A DNA stretch of 64,000 nucleotides from an uncultured Gammaproteobacteria bacterium (GTDB lineage: Bacteria; Patescibacteriota; Patescibacteriia; Magasanikbacterales; GWA2-37-8). Within the stretch, counting starts at the first letter, position 1. The number at the start of each line of letters is the position of its first letter. The position numbers were made by a program, and so were the translations under genes. Below the pieces are notes generated by a model. The model was given only the letters and a program-made list of their open reading frames with translations. It made no database searches and had not been told where the DNA came from. The stretch is from contig CAYXJO010000003.1 in the NCBI GenBank assembly GCA_964465205.1, forward strand, positions 14,693-78,692, written 5' to 3'. Below, in pieces: positions 47,633 to 58,701 of this stretch.

Positions 47633-48113
47633 TTTAAAAAAAATTGTTTTTTTAGATAGAGATGGTGTTGTTAATAAAAAGGCTCCCGAACATGAATATA
47701 TAAAAAGGTTGGGTGAATTTGTTTTTAATGAAGGAATTTTTGAGTTGCTGCGCGATTATCAGAAACAAGGTTTCGAATTTGTAGTAATAACCAACCAAAG
47801 AGGTGTCGCTAGAGGGCACATGACCAATGAAGATGTTTTGGGTATACACGAGTATATGCGAAGCGTAATGAAATTTAGGGGGATAAAATTGTTGGATATT
47901 TTTGTATGTCCGCACGAACAGGATGCGTGTGACTGTCGCAAACCTAAACCGGGAATGTTAGAACAGGCGGTAAAGAAATATTGTATAGATAAAGAAAATT
48001 CTGTACTAATCAGCGATTCGAAGTGTGACATAGAAATGGGAAAAATATTTGGGATTGGTAAAAATGTGTTAGTTAGTACTGATTCGTTAAAAGTTTTAGA
48101 TATTGCGAGATGA
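47622..48113 (+). CDS. gmhB: D,D-heptose 1,7-bisphosphate phosphatase (HAD IIIA)
   Basis: FLDRDGV, TNQRG, CPH....CDCRKPKPG. Confidence 0.9.
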   Translation: MVNNLKKIVFLDRDGVVNKKAPEHEYIKRLGEFVFNEGIFELLRDYQKQGFEFVVITNQRGVARGHMTNEDVLGIHEYMRSVMKFRGIKLLDIFVCPHEQDACDCRKPKPGMLEQAVKKYCIDKENSVLISDSKCDIEMGKIFGIGKNVLVSTDSLKVLDIAR

Positions 48114-48161
48114 CCACTGTGGTTTTGTTTATCAATGTTATAATGTAGATTTAAAAAAAAT

Positions 48162-48854
48162 ATGAAACTCAGTATCATTATACCGGTTTACAACGAAATT
48201 AAAACAATTGACAAAGTATTAGACACTATCAAACACGTTGATGTCCCCGGTTGGGAAAAAGAAATCATTGTGATTGATGATTTCTCTACCGACGGCACTC
48301 GAGAGCGCTTGCGAGCTATGAACACTAATTTCACAATGCTCTATCACGATACCAATCGTGGTAAGGGGGCAGCGTTACGCACTGGTTTTGCTCAAGCGAC
48401 CGGTGATTATGTGGTTATTCAAGATGCTGATTTGGAATATGACTCCAATGAATATGTTAATTTGTTGGCTCCGGTGGATAAATACCAAGCTGATGTTGTG
48501 TTGGGTTCGCGTTTCATGGGCGGCGAAGCCCATCGTGTGGTATATTTTTGGCACTATGTTGGGAATAAGATTTTAACAGTTTTTTCTAACATGTTTACCA
48601 ATTTGAATGTGAGTGATATGGAAACTTGTTATAAATTAGTTAAAAGAGATATTCTGTCGCGTATTAAATTAGAACAAGATCGTTTTGGTTTTGAACCGGA
48701 AATCATGGCTAAATTATCCAAAATTAAAGATATCAAAATTTTTGAAGTAGGCATTTCTTATAATGGTCGCACCTACGCCGAAGGGAAGAAGATAACCTGG
48801 AAAGATGGTTTTAAAGCGCTTTATTGCATTGTTAAATATGGGTTATTTAATTAA
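48162..48854 (+). CDS. GT2 polyprenol-phosphate glycosyltransferase (DPM1-like)
   Basis: QDADLEY, DMETCYK, FGFEPE, EGKKITWKDG. Confidence 0.92.
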   Translation: MKLSIIIPVYNEIKTIDKVLDTIKHVDVPGWEKEIIVIDDFSTDGTRERLRAMNTNFTMLYHDTNRGKGAALRTGFAQATGDYVVIQDADLEYDSNEYVNLLAPVDKYQADVVLGSRFMGGEAHRVVYFWHYVGNKILTVFSNMFTNLNVSDMETCYKLVKRDILSRIKLEQDRFGFEPEIMAKLSKIKDIKIFEVGISYNGRTYAEGKKITWKDGFKALYCIVKYGLFN

Positions 48855-50010
48855 TCTATTCAAACGTAAACCGTGGTTGATTTTGTTGGTGCTGGCCACT
48901 ACCAATTTAATTATTTTTTGGCGTTTATTCGGTTTCCATATCAACAATGATACCGAGGGTTTTATATATTTGATTGATTTTTTCAAAGGTAAAGTAGATT
49001 ATTTTGCTTATCAAAATCGTTATCTTAATCCGTTCTATGCTGTGGTGTCCTCAACTTTTTTGTTTTTTCTTTCTGCTACGCAGAGTTTGATATTGATAAA
49101 CATTGTATTTTATTTCGGTTTAGTATTTGTTACTTATGATTTACTCGGCAGAGTATTCAAGAATCGTATGGTTGGTTTGGTGAGTGCACTATTTGTCATG
49201 ACTGCCTATCCCATGTTGCGTTACGCCCTTACACAAGTACAGGATGTTGGCGGGTATTTTTGGTTTCTATTTACTATTTATTGTGGCTGGTGTTGGTGGG
49301 AAGACAAAAATTGGCGCTGGTTATTTGTGGGGAGTGTATCTGTATCTTTTGGGGTACTCACCAAAGAGAGCGGTTGTATGGGGGCGTTATTTGTAGGAAT
49401 TTTGTTTTTGATTAATCAAGTGTCATGGAAAAATAAGTTGACGCACATATTTTTATTTTCTGTTTTGCCTCTAATTGCCATTGTTGTCAACAATATCCGG
49501 GGCGCCGATGTTGCCTATAATTCTGGCCGCTGGTTTATTTGGAATTGGCAAATCTACGCAAAACAACATTATACGTTTATTAAATGGTTCGGTGTCAATG
49601 TTACGACCTATAATATTTTGTGGATTTTTGTTTTAATCGGGTTATATTTTTTATACAAAAATTGGCACACGATAGATAAAAATATTAAAATTTATTTTTT
49701 GGCAATAGTTCCGTCCAGTCTGTCGTATTTTGCATGGCCAATATTTATTGGTCGAACAGTATTTATATCGGCTTGGCTATTTATTGCAATTGCAGCTTAC
49801 GGAATATTGGAATGGTATCGAATTGCTAATCGATATCGGTGGGTGGTTTTGGTGTCATTGGTAGTGTGTTTGTTGTCTCCTTATCTATTACAAATTACGC
49901 TTCGGTATGCTAATATATTTGGTATAATGGAGCAGTGCAGGTATTATCCTGGATGTGTTTGGCGCATCTTTTGGGAGAACCGAGAAAGTTATAGTAAATT
50001 AGGAATTTAA
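48838..50010 (+). CDS. Polytopic GT-C-like membrane protein
   Basis: NDTE luminal motif, GVLTKE, many TM helices; follows the DPM1-like GT2. Confidence 0.65.
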   Translation: MGYLINLFKRKPWLILLVLATTNLIIFWRLFGFHINNDTEGFIYLIDFFKGKVDYFAYQNRYLNPFYAVVSSTFLFFLSATQSLILINIVFYFGLVFVTYDLLGRVFKNRMVGLVSALFVMTAYPMLRYALTQVQDVGGYFWFLFTIYCGWCWWEDKNWRWLFVGSVSVSFGVLTKESGCMGALFVGILFLINQVSWKNKLTHIFLFSVLPLIAIVVNNIRGADVAYNSGRWFIWNWQIYAKQHYTFIKWFGVNVTTYNILWIFVLIGLYFLYKNWHTIDKNIKIYFLAIVPSSLSYFAWPIFIGRTVFISAWLFIAIAAYGILEWYRIANRYRWVVLVSLVVCLLSPYLLQITLRYANIFGIMEQCRYYPGCVWRIFWENRESYSKLGI

Positions 50011-50016
50011 TTTTTT

Positions 50017-50829
50017 ATGTTATCTGCTTGCTTGGTGGTCTACAATGAAGAAAAAATGATCGCCCGTTGTTTGGACAGCATCAAAGATTTGGTTGATGAA
50101 ATTATTGTTATTCACGACGGTGAGTGTAGTGACCGTACTTTGGAAATCGCTAGAAAATATACTGATAAAATTTTTGTGCAGCCACATATTGGGGAAGCGG
50201 AAGAACATCGAGTTTTCGCCTTAAATCAAGCAAAAGGTGATTGGGTATTACAAATTGATGCGGATGAATATTTAGATATCACTGATCATGAACGGATAAA
50301 ACAACTAATAAGCCACGATGAATATAATGGTTTCTTGTTAAAATGGGAACTTTGGGACGGGAAAAAAGCCATCACTTTCTCGGGTTTAAAGAAACTGTGT
50401 TTATACAAAAAAGATCATTTCCATTACATCGGTGTACCGCATGATTCGGGCTTGGTAGATGGTGGCGTTCAATCATTAGACATATTTTTGCATCACCGTC
50501 CGGCGTATAATAACGTCGCTTGGTCTGCTTTTTTGAAAAAAACGAAAAAATGGGTGCCAATTCACGCGAAATATTTTTTTCCCGAATTAGCAAGGATCAA
50601 ATGTTTTAATATTAGTCCAGAAAAATGGGTTAATTACACTAAACAGGTTAGAAGACATCCGATTTTTTTTATAGTTTTTCACCCTTTAAAAATATTTTTT
50701 GGCCAACTTAAGAATGGTCTGGGAACAAATTTTACCGGACTCAATCTGTTATTACAGCAATATTGGTATTACGTCCTACTTTATTTACGAATATGGTCAT
50801 TAAATAAAAAAAATAAAAATACATTATGA
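50017..50829 (+). CDS. Glycosyltransferase family 2
   Basis: VYNEE, DGECSD, IDADE. Confidence 0.88.
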   Translation: MLSACLVVYNEEKMIARCLDSIKDLVDEIIVIHDGECSDRTLEIARKYTDKIFVQPHIGEAEEHRVFALNQAKGDWVLQIDADEYLDITDHERIKQLISHDEYNGFLLKWELWDGKKAITFSGLKKLCLYKKDHFHYIGVPHDSGLVDGGVQSLDIFLHHRPAYNNVAWSAFLKKTKKWVPIHAKYFFPELARIKCFNISPEKWVNYTKQVRRHPIFFIVFHPLKIFFGQLKNGLGTNFTGLNLLLQQYWYYVLLYLRIWSLNKKNKNTL

Positions 50830-51467
50830 GTTTATTTTCAAAATTGTTAAGTAGAATAGAACTTTTTTGGCGGTGCCTAGGTAAAACACATGGTCAAATT
50901 GAAGCGCTCAGGGCAAGATATTTTTTAACCAAAAATTCTTTTTGTAATAATGTTGTGACAGTAGGAGACTGGACGTATGTTCATCCTAGTGCGCGTGTAT
51001 ATGCTTGGAGGCAAGAAGAAAAATGCCGGATTGGAAAATTTTGCTCAATAGCTAGTCAAGTAAAAATTATCGTCGGGGGCAATCATGATCATAAAAATAA
51101 GGTTTCCAACTATCCTTTACAAGCTAAGTTTTTTAGAAGTATTGATTTAGAATCGTCTACCAAAGGTCCGGTCGTTATTGGCAACGATGTCTGGATTGGA
51201 ATGAATGCGACAATTTTATCCGGTGTAAATATTGGTGATGGAGCCGTGATCGGTGCTCAATCAGTGATTGCCAAGGACGTTCCACCATATGCCATCGTGG
51301 TTGGTAACCCTGCCAGAATCGTAGGTGCCAGATTTAATGAAGAAATTATTGGTAAATTGATGAAAATTCGATGGTGGGACTGGACAGATCTAGAGATAAG
51401 AGATCGAGTCGGTGATTTTGAGGTCGGCGCAGTAGATGATTTTGTTAGGAAGTATCAAATTATTTAG
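50826..51467 (+). CDS. CatB-related hexapeptide O-acetyltransferase
   Basis: [33 protein letters not shown]. Confidence 0.9.
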   Translation: MSLFSKLLSRIELFWRCLGKTHGQIEALRARYFLTKNSFCNNVVTVGDWTYVHPSARVYAWRQEEKCRIGKFCSIASQVKIIVGGNHDHKNKVSNYPLQAKFFRSIDLESSTKGPVVIGNDVWIGMNATILSGVNIGDGAVIGAQSVIAKDVPPYAIVVGNPARIVGARFNEEIIGKLMKIRWWDWTDLEIRDRVGDFEVGAVDDFVRKYQII

Positions 51468-51475
51468 TCGATTAT

Positions 51476-52144
51476 ATGTCTTCAAAAATGGTTTATTATT
51501 TTTTAAAAGACGCGACCAGTACGCACATGTTGATATTAAATCAAGTTGACCACAATAGTAAGGTGTTGGACATTGGTTGTGCTGGTGGGTATTTGGGCGA
51601 GTATCTGATTAAACAAAAAAAATGTGAGGTTTATGGTATTGAACCAGATACTGATTCTGCCCAAGATGCCCAACAAAGGGGGTATGTAAGAATAATAAAT
51701 AAGAACGCGGAAGAGGGCATTGCAGAATTGGCAGGAATACATTTTGACTACATTATTTTAGCTGATGTATTGGAACATCTTGTCGAACCAGAACTAGTAT
51801 TGCAGAAAATAAAAAACAATTTAGCTCCCAACGGAAAAGTAATTATCTCTTTGCCAAATATAGCACATTATTCTGTGCGGCTATCATTGTTATTAGGGAG
51901 GTGGAACATGAAAGATTGTGGTATTATGGATAAAACTCACCTTCATTTTTATACTTTAAAGACAGCTAAGATGTTAATTGAACGGTGTGGTTTAGAGGTT
52001 TTAAATTTTCGACCCAGAGGCGATCTCGAAACTTGGTTTAAAAAAATAAATATGGAGTGGTTGGGGAAAAAGATATTATTCGGGTGGTCAGAATTATTTG
52101 CTGTTCAATTTATTTTTTTAGGTAGAATAAATAATAATAAGTAA
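51476..52144 (+). CDS. Class I SAM methyltransferase (paralog of 40765)
   Basis: LDIGCAGG, ADVLEHL, GIMDKTHLHFYT. Confidence 0.9.
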   Translation: MSSKMVYYFLKDATSTHMLILNQVDHNSKVLDIGCAGGYLGEYLIKQKKCEVYGIEPDTDSAQDAQQRGYVRIINKNAEEGIAELAGIHFDYIILADVLEHLVEPELVLQKIKNNLAPNGKVIISLPNIAHYSVRLSLLLGRWNMKDCGIMDKTHLHFYTLKTAKMLIERCGLEVLNFRPRGDLETWFKKINMEWLGKKILFGWSELFAVQFIFLGRINNNK

Positions 52145-52209
52145 ATTTTAAATCAGGAGTTATTTTGCCTGATGCGATTATAATATATAAAATATTTAAG
52201 ACAGTTCAT

Positions 52210-52833
52210 ATGCAAAATCAGCATTATTGGGATCAGTATTGGCGAGAAAATAAAAACAAAGAAACCCTCTTTAATACTTTAGTAGCCTTTGCTCGCAAAT
52301 ATTATTTTGCCAGAGCTTTTGCCAAATTTATCAATAAACATTATCCGGTAGCTGGTAAAACTGTGTGTGAAATTGGTGTGGGGTCAGGATTGACCATGAG
52401 TTATCTCAAAAAAATGGGTGCCAAGAAATGTGTAGGATTGGATTATTCGCAGGAGTCGATCAAGATGGCGAAAGATGCCAATCCGGATTGTGAATTTGTT
52501 TTTGCGGATGCGTTTAATAATAATCTGCCAGATAAGCAATTTGATATTATTTATTCCTTGGGCTTGTTGGAACATTACAATAAAGATGAACAGCGCGCCT
52601 TGATTGCCGAACAAAAACGTTTGGCCAAGGAATGTGTCTTTATCGAGGTGCCTTACGATGTTTTTTACTTTCGGTGGCTATTTGCGATTAATCGTCGCTT
52701 GGGTCGCACCAATACATTTAGTGACGAAGAGCTTTTTACTAAAAAAACCTTTAAGGATTTAGGTTTGACTGGCAAGAGTTATTTGATGCCGTCTGCCGGG
52801 TATCTTACTATTGGCCATTTCGAATTTTTATAA
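52210..52833 (+). CDS. Class I SAM methyltransferase
   Basis: EIGVGSG, GLDYS, GLLEH; ATG at 52210. Confidence 0.85.
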   Translation: MQNQHYWDQYWRENKNKETLFNTLVAFARKYYFARAFAKFINKHYPVAGKTVCEIGVGSGLTMSYLKKMGAKKCVGLDYSQESIKMAKDANPDCEFVFADAFNNNLPDKQFDIIYSLGLLEHYNKDEQRALIAEQKRLAKECVFIEVPYDVFYFRWLFAINRRLGRTNTFSDEELFTKKTFKDLGLTGKSYLMPSAGYLTIGHFEFL

Positions 52834-52839
52834 TTTTTT

Positions 52840-54324
52840 ATGTTTATCCATAATGAGTGGTGTAAAAAAATTTTTGCCTATAAATATTTTGATTATATTT
52901 TAGTGACCATCACCGCTTTGACAGTTGGCATGTTTAGGTTGGCGCGTCCAAGTTTGTGGCTTGATGAGGCGATTAGTATAGTGTGGGCTGCCAAAAAACC
53001 ATTATTGTGGATCTGGGAGAATGTTCCCAAGTCGGACCTGCATCCGCCGCTATACTACTCCGTATTGCACTTTTGGCAGTTGGTATTTGGCGATTCGGTA
53101 TTTTCAATTAGAAGTTTATCGGTGTTGTTTTTTGTGGGCAGTAGCATTTTAATCTATTTTTGGGTCAATCGATTATTCAATTCGCGTCGTATTGCCATAC
53201 TCACTAGTTTGATTTTTATCACCAATCCTTTCGCGGTTTTGTATGCCCAAGAGGTGAGATCTTATTCTTTCTTGATTTTTTGTTTGCTTTTGAATAGTTG
53301 GTTTTTTTATTCAATACTATTCCTGAATAATAATTCCAAAAAATATCTACTTGGTTATTTTTTAACTGCGTTAATTTTGTCATATACCAATGTGTTGGTT
53401 TTGTTTGGGTTTACTTCCCACTTTATCATTTTGCTGTTCCATAAAGACAAAAGGCAGTTTAAAAAACTATTTTTATGTTACGTGGTATTGGCACTAGCCT
53501 ATATTCCGGTATTAAAGATATTATCCAGTGCAAATAGCTTTGACTACTCCTACTATTATAAAGAAAATTTTAATATATTTTTGAAAGCCGTGGTGGCTAT
53601 TTCTGGTTTTATCGGTGCCAGAATTAATGTGTTAAACGGCAAACAACATATTTATGGTTTGTTGGCGCTTAGTTTACTAATATATTTTGGTGTTTTTTTG
53701 TTGTTGGTGTGGCGAATCAGATTAATTAATAAATTCATCTTGAGTTTTTTTGTTCTATCTTTTGGGATGACTTTGATTGCCTCACATATCAAATTCCCCG
53801 TGCCTGATCCAAAGTATTTTTATGTTGCTTTTCCATTTTTTATTTTATTGGTTGGCAATACCATGGCTATTACTAATAAAAAAATAAGTTGGATTATTTT
53901 TTCCGTGGTATTGATTTTGAATTTGGTTTTTTTATATAATTATTTTTTTGTTAAGTCATATGAACGAGAGAATTGGAAGAGCGCTGTCGGAATGATTGAA
54001 AACGACTATACTTCTCACAAGTTTGTTCGTGGATTATCCATTACCCCGAGTAGTTTATTTTATACCCCCTGGTCTTACTACAGTCATCACCTGATGCCGG
54101 AATCCAGCTTTTTACAATACGGTAATTCAACTTCCTCTATTCAGCGAGTTTATTCGGAGTATGGTGGCTCACAAAACGACGTGATATACCTGTCGCGTTT
54201 TCTTTCCAACATGTATGATCCTAGTGATAGTATTTACAATTTTCTTATTAGTCAGGGCTACGAAAAAACACAGGTATTTCAAGATACCAAGGTGGAATTT
54301 TGGCGATTGGAAAAAATTAAATAA
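52840..54324 (+). CDS. GT39/PMT-like (GT-C) membrane glycosyltransferase
   Basis: SLWLDE, HPPLYY, RSLS, YAQEVRSY. Confidence 0.88.
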   Translation: MFIHNEWCKKIFAYKYFDYILVTITALTVGMFRLARPSLWLDEAISIVWAAKKPLLWIWENVPKSDLHPPLYYSVLHFWQLVFGDSVFSIRSLSVLFFVGSSILIYFWVNRLFNSRRIAILTSLIFITNPFAVLYAQEVRSYSFLIFCLLLNSWFFYSILFLNNNSKKYLLGYFLTALILSYTNVLVLFGFTSHFIILLFHKDKRQFKKLFLCYVVLALAYIPVLKILSSANSFDYSYYYKENFNIFLKAVVAISGFIGARINVLNGKQHIYGLLALSLLIYFGVFLLLVWRIRLINKFILSFFVLSFGMTLIASHIKFPVPDPKYFYVAFPFFILLVGNTMAITNKKISWIIFSVVLILNLVFLYNYFFVKSYERENWKSAVGMIENDYTSHKFVRGLSITPSSLFYTPWSYYSHHLMPESSFLQYGNSTSSIQRVYSEYGGSQNDVIYLSRFLSNMYDPSDSIYNFLISQGYEKTQVFQDTKVEFWRLEKIK

Positions 54325-54345
54325 TGTGATAAGGTAATCTCGAGT

Positions 54346-55209
54346 ATGCGAATACCAGTTTCTACAATAATGCTTAGTTACAACACTAAAGATTTAACTC
54401 GTAAAGCTTTGAAGGCGTTATTTTGTGGTTCGGCCATACCTGCGCAGGTTATTGTTGTAGATAATAATTCTCAAGATGGTAGTGCAGCGATGGTTAGAAG
54501 TGAATTTCCGCAAGTAACTTTGATTGAAAATGAAGATAATATAGGTTTTGCTAAAGCCAACAATTTGGCCATTAGACAGTATGTTGATCAGCCGTATATT
54601 TGGCTTTTGAATAGCGATACTGAAGTAGGGAAGGATAGTTTGCTGAATTTGTTTGATTATTTAGAAGCACATAAAGAAGTTGTGGGTGTCGAGCCGTCGT
54701 TGGTGTATCCCGACAGATCGTTGCAATCGGTGGGCGGATTTTTTCCAACTTCAACCAATGTTCTATTATACTTATTTCCCGTTTCATTCTTTTTTCCACA
54801 AACTTTAAAGCGCAAAATACGCGGAATGTCTTTGTACCCACAGCCGATTCCAGAAACGGGATTGCTTTTGGATTATATTACGGGTGCGGCTAGTATGTTT
54901 CGTCGTTCGATATTAGACGAGGTGGGATTATTGGGGGAGGAGTATTTTATGTACTTTGAAGAAACTGATTTATGCTGGAGAATAAAACAGGCCGGACATA
55001 AGTTGTTAGCTGTCAACACTGATCCGGTAATGCATGTTTATGGGGGTAGCTATAAGAAAAAAACCGACCCTAATCGTTTAAAAATTTTTTTGCAAAGTTT
55101 AAAAATATTTGTCAATAAAAATTACACTGGTTTTAGAAAATATTTTATTCTCGCAGAAATATTTTTGTTTGGCCGATTAAGTATTTGGATAAAAGGACTA
55201 AAAAAATAA
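54346..55209 (+). CDS. GT2 (WbbL-like rhamnosyltransferase family)
   Basis: DNNSQD, GFAKANN, LNSD, FMYFEETD. Confidence 0.9.
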   Translation: MRIPVSTIMLSYNTKDLTRKALKALFCGSAIPAQVIVVDNNSQDGSAAMVRSEFPQVTLIENEDNIGFAKANNLAIRQYVDQPYIWLLNSDTEVGKDSLLNLFDYLEAHKEVVGVEPSLVYPDRSLQSVGGFFPTSTNVLLYLFPVSFFFPQTLKRKIRGMSLYPQPIPETGLLLDYITGAASMFRRSILDEVGLLGEEYFMYFEETDLCWRIKQAGHKLLAVNTDPVMHVYGGSYKKKTDPNRLKIFLQSLKIFVNKNYTGFRKYFILAEIFLFGRLSIWIKGLKK

Positions 55210-55213
55210 TTGT

Positions 55214-56173
55214 ATGTTTTCTCTAGTAATCACAGTTTTAAACGAGCGTCAAAACCTGCAACGTTGGTTGGAGAGTATTTTGAATCAAACCGTACTGCCC
55301 GATGAAATAGTTGTGGTTGATGGCGGTTCGACTGATGGTACGCGGGAATTACTTGATAGTTTTGCTGCGCAAAATAAAATTTTGAAAGTTTTTAGTAAAC
55401 CGGGCAATATTGCCTCGGGGAGAAACTATGGTATCAGCCAGGCCAGCAGCGATATCATTGTGGTAACAGATGCTGGTTGTATTTATAATAAAGAGTGGTT
55501 TCGTAAACTAACAAACGTGTTTGCTAATCCCAATGTGGCGTGGGCCGCCTCGGCTTTTGGTCCTTGGTTGGAGCGTGAAGATAACATGGGAAAATATTTG
55601 ATTGCTGCCGCTACCACCCCTGCCCCGAGTGAATTTAGAAAAGATTGGTTGCCATCTAGTCGATCAGTGGCTTTTCGCAAAGATGTTTGGGAGAAAGTAG
55701 GTAGTTATCCGGAATGGATTCCAATTTGTGAGGATATAGTTTTTGATTTGGCGATTATCAAATTATTTGGCAAGCCGACATTAGTGCGAGAGCCCTTGGT
55801 GTTCTGGCGTCCCAGACCGAATTGGCGCGCGTTTTTGAAACAGTTGTATCGCTATACCAAAAGTGATGGCCATGGCAATTTGTGGCTAGGGCGACAATTA
55901 ACCAGGTATACTGTTTATGGAGCTGCTGTCATTTTGTTGTGGTTGGCGGGGGATGTTAGTTGGTTATTTGTTTGGCCGATTATTTTGGGGTTATTTGTTT
56001 ATTGTTGGAAATTTTGGAAACGTTGGTTGGTGTTTACTCAGACACTGCCGACTATACCGAGACTGATTGGTTTGGTTGTTTTACCCATAGTTATTGCTTT
56101 GGGAGACTGTGCAAAAATGGCTGGTTGGCCGGTTGGGGTTTATGAAAGAATAATGCATAAAAAATATGTTTAA
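55214..56173 (+). CDS. Glycosyltransferase family 2
   Basis: DGGSTD, GRN, TDAG, CED; C-terminal TM segments. Confidence 0.9.
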   Translation: MFSLVITVLNERQNLQRWLESILNQTVLPDEIVVVDGGSTDGTRELLDSFAAQNKILKVFSKPGNIASGRNYGISQASSDIIVVTDAGCIYNKEWFRKLTNVFANPNVAWAASAFGPWLEREDNMGKYLIAAATTPAPSEFRKDWLPSSRSVAFRKDVWEKVGSYPEWIPICEDIVFDLAIIKLFGKPTLVREPLVFWRPRPNWRAFLKQLYRYTKSDGHGNLWLGRQLTRYTVYGAAVILLWLAGDVSWLFVWPIILGLFVYCWKFWKRWLVFTQTLPTIPRLIGLVVLPIVIALGDCAKMAGWPVGVYERIMHKKYV

Positions 56174-56894
56174 TACTGTTTTTTTAGTATTGATCTCATT
56201 GTTGGCAATATATTTAATTTGGTTTTTGTTGAGGATGTTGTTTTGTCTGGTCTATGTGAAACTGGCTCAGCACCGCAAGACAAATAGTAATCAATCGGGG
56301 GTTGTTGAATCAAAGGAAGTATCTGGTAGCCAACAAAACAAAATAAAAAAAATTATAGCAGTAGCTGTTAGTGGATTTTTTCGTTACCAAATTATTATTG
56401 TTGGTAGAATTCCGTCGCATTTTATTAGAAAATTTTTATATCGTCATGTATTTGGTATGAAAATAGGTTCACGAGCGGTGATTTATAGTGGTGCAGAAAT
56501 TCGCAGTCCGTGGAATATTACAATCGACGAAGGTACTATTATTGGCGATGAAAGCAAGTTGGATGGTCGCAATGGTTTGATTATTGGTAAAAATGTGAAT
56601 TTGAGTACTGGTGTTTGGCTTTGGACCGATGAGCACGATGTGAATGATCCATATTTTCGCAGTAATAATAAAGGTGGACCAATCGTAATTGCTGATCGTG
56701 TATGGCTGGGTGGGCGTGTGATTGTATTACCTGGAGTAAAATTGGCTGAAGGCGCGGTGGTGGCGTCTGGGGCGGTAGTGACAAAAGACGTGGACCAATA
56801 TACTATAGTGGGTGGCGTACCTGCCAGGCCAATAGGCGAACGCAATCGTGATTTAAAATACGAATTTGATGGTAGTCATTTGTGGTTTTATTAA
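56166..56894 (+). CDS. Hexapeptide-repeat acyltransferase
   Basis: Left-handed beta-helix repeats, VWLG, VASGAVVTKDV, GGVPAR. Confidence 0.9.
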   Translation: MFNTVFLVLISLLAIYLIWFLLRMLFCLVYVKLAQHRKTNSNQSGVVESKEVSGSQQNKIKKIIAVAVSGFFRYQIIIVGRIPSHFIRKFLYRHVFGMKIGSRAVIYSGAEIRSPWNITIDEGTIIGDESKLDGRNGLIIGKNVNLSTGVWLWTDEHDVNDPYFRSNNKGGPIVIADRVWLGGRVIVLPGVKLAEGAVVASGAVVTKDVDQYTIVGGVPARPIGERNRDLKYEFDGSHLWFY

Positions 56895-56897
56895 ATT

Positions 56898-57755
56898 ATG
56901 AAATTATCAATCATTATAGTCAATTGGAATACCGAGGAATTGTTGCGCCAGCTTTTGGTCATGATTTCTCGTTATGTGGTCGGATTAGATTATGAAGTAA
57001 TAGTGGTAGATAATAATTCTGGTGACGACAGTGTCACAATGTTGAAAAAAGAATTTCCGCAAGTGAAATTAATCGCCAATGACGATAACTTAGGTTTTGC
57101 CAAAGCCAATAATCAAGGGATGGCTGTTGCTTCGGGAGAGTACATGATGTTGCTAAACACAGATATCATATTGCATAATAATGCTATTGGAATGTTGGTT
57201 GACTTTTTAGATACACATCCAGACGTTACCATGGTTGGCCCGCAATTACTCAATAAAGACGGTACTTTCCAGCATGCCTGCCGGCGTAATTTGCCTAATC
57301 CTATTAATTCATTTTTTCATATCTTTGGCTTTACAAAGATATTTAAACACAGTAAACTGGTTAGTGGTTACAAGCGTCAAAATGATGATCCAAATACTAC
57401 TGGCCCAACCGAGGCTATTTCTGGTGCGGCAATGATGTTTCGACGTGGTTTTTATGAAGCCTGTGGGGGGTTAGATGAGAACTTTTTCTTTTACGGAGAA
57501 GACATCGATTTTTGTAAACGAGTGTATGACAGTGGTGGGCAAATAGTATACGTGAGCGCTGCCAAGATAGTGCATTTGGGAGGAGAAAGTAGCAAAAAAC
57601 GCCGTCGAAGTGCACTCAGTAATTTTTATGATGCAATGTGGCGTTATTATCGCAAACATTTTTATCATCAGCACAATTTGGTTCTGAATATTGTGGTGTG
57701 GGTGGGCATAAAATTGAGATTGGGTATAGCTATAGTGATAAATTATTTTAAATAA
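56898..57755 (+). CDS. GT2 (WbbL-like)
   Basis: [25 protein letters not shown]. Confidence 0.9.
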   Translation: MKLSIIIVNWNTEELLRQLLVMISRYVVGLDYEVIVVDNNSGDDSVTMLKKEFPQVKLIANDDNLGFAKANNQGMAVASGEYMMLLNTDIILHNNAIGMLVDFLDTHPDVTMVGPQLLNKDGTFQHACRRNLPNPINSFFHIFGFTKIFKHSKLVSGYKRQNDDPNTTGPTEAISGAAMMFRRGFYEACGGLDENFFFYGEDIDFCKRVYDSGGQIVYVSAAKIVHLGGESSKKRRRSALSNFYDAMWRYYRKHFYHQHNLVLNIVVWVGIKLRLGIAIVINYFK

Positions 57756-57756
57756 T

Positions 57757-58698
57757 ATGAAGACAGCATTGATTACTGGCGGAGCGGGATTTATTGGATC
57801 ACATTTGTGCGAACGTTTGTTGGCCGATGGGTATCGGGTGATTTGTGTTGATAATTTATTTACTAGTAGTCGAGAAAATATAAAACATTTAGAGAGTAAT
57901 GGAAATTTTCTGTTTATTGAACACGATATTGTTAATCCTCTAAATTTAGACGACAAAATAGATGAAATCTACAATTTAGCTTGTCCCGCTTCGCCGGTTC
58001 ACTATCAACGGGATGCGATATTTACTGTTAAAACAAATATAATCGGCGCAATAAATATCTTAGATTTGGCCCGTACCAAAGGTGCGGTTGTTTTCCAATC
58101 TTCGACCTCGGAAGTGTATGGTGACCCAAGCGTTCATCCCCAGGTAGAATCTTATCGGGGCAACGTGAATCCAATTGGCCCACGTGCTTGTTATGATGAG
58201 GGCAAACGCTGCGCCGAGACCTTGTTTTTCGATTACAATCGTATGTATAACGTGCCCATAAAGGTGGTGCGTATATTTAATACGTTCGGTCCCCGTATGG
58301 ATAGTAATGATGGCCGGGTGGTGTCAAATTTTATTGTCCAAGCTTTGAAAAATGAAGATATTACTATTTATGGTGACGGCACCCAGACGCGTAGTTTTTG
58401 TTATGTCGATGACTTAATTAATGGTTTCGTAAAGATGATGGCTAGTGACCGGAGTGTTATCGGTCCGGTGAACTTAGGGAATCCCCAAGAAATTACCGTT
58501 AAAACCATGGCCGAAGCTATTATTGAAATGACGGGATCAAAAAGTAAAATAGTATATCAAGATTTACCCACAGATGATCCCACCAGAAGGTGTCCGGATA
58601 TCACTTTGGCCAAAACAAAATTAGGTTGGCAGCCACAGGTGGATTGGAAGGTTGGAATAGAAAAAACTATTAAATATTTCCAAACTATAATTAGATAA
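57757..58698 (+). CDS. uxs: UDP-glucuronate decarboxylase (UDP-xylose synthase)
   Basis: [31 protein letters not shown]. Confidence 0.93.
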   Translation: MKTALITGGAGFIGSHLCERLLADGYRVICVDNLFTSSRENIKHLESNGNFLFIEHDIVNPLNLDDKIDEIYNLACPASPVHYQRDAIFTVKTNIIGAINILDLARTKGAVVFQSSTSEVYGDPSVHPQVESYRGNVNPIGPRACYDEGKRCAETLFFDYNRMYNVPIKVVRIFNTFGPRMDSNDGRVVSNFIVQALKNEDITIYGDGTQTRSFCYVDDLINGFVKMMASDRSVIGPVNLGNPQEITVKTMAEAIIEMTGSKSKIVYQDLPTDDPTRRCPDITLAKTKLGWQPQVDWKVGIEKTIKYFQTIIR

Positions 58699-58701
58699 TT
58701 T

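Noticed and set aside
50826-51467. Chloramphenicol or streptogramin resistance gene
   Set aside because: CatB-like hexapeptide proteins within glycan clusters are more plausibly sugar O-acetyltransferases.
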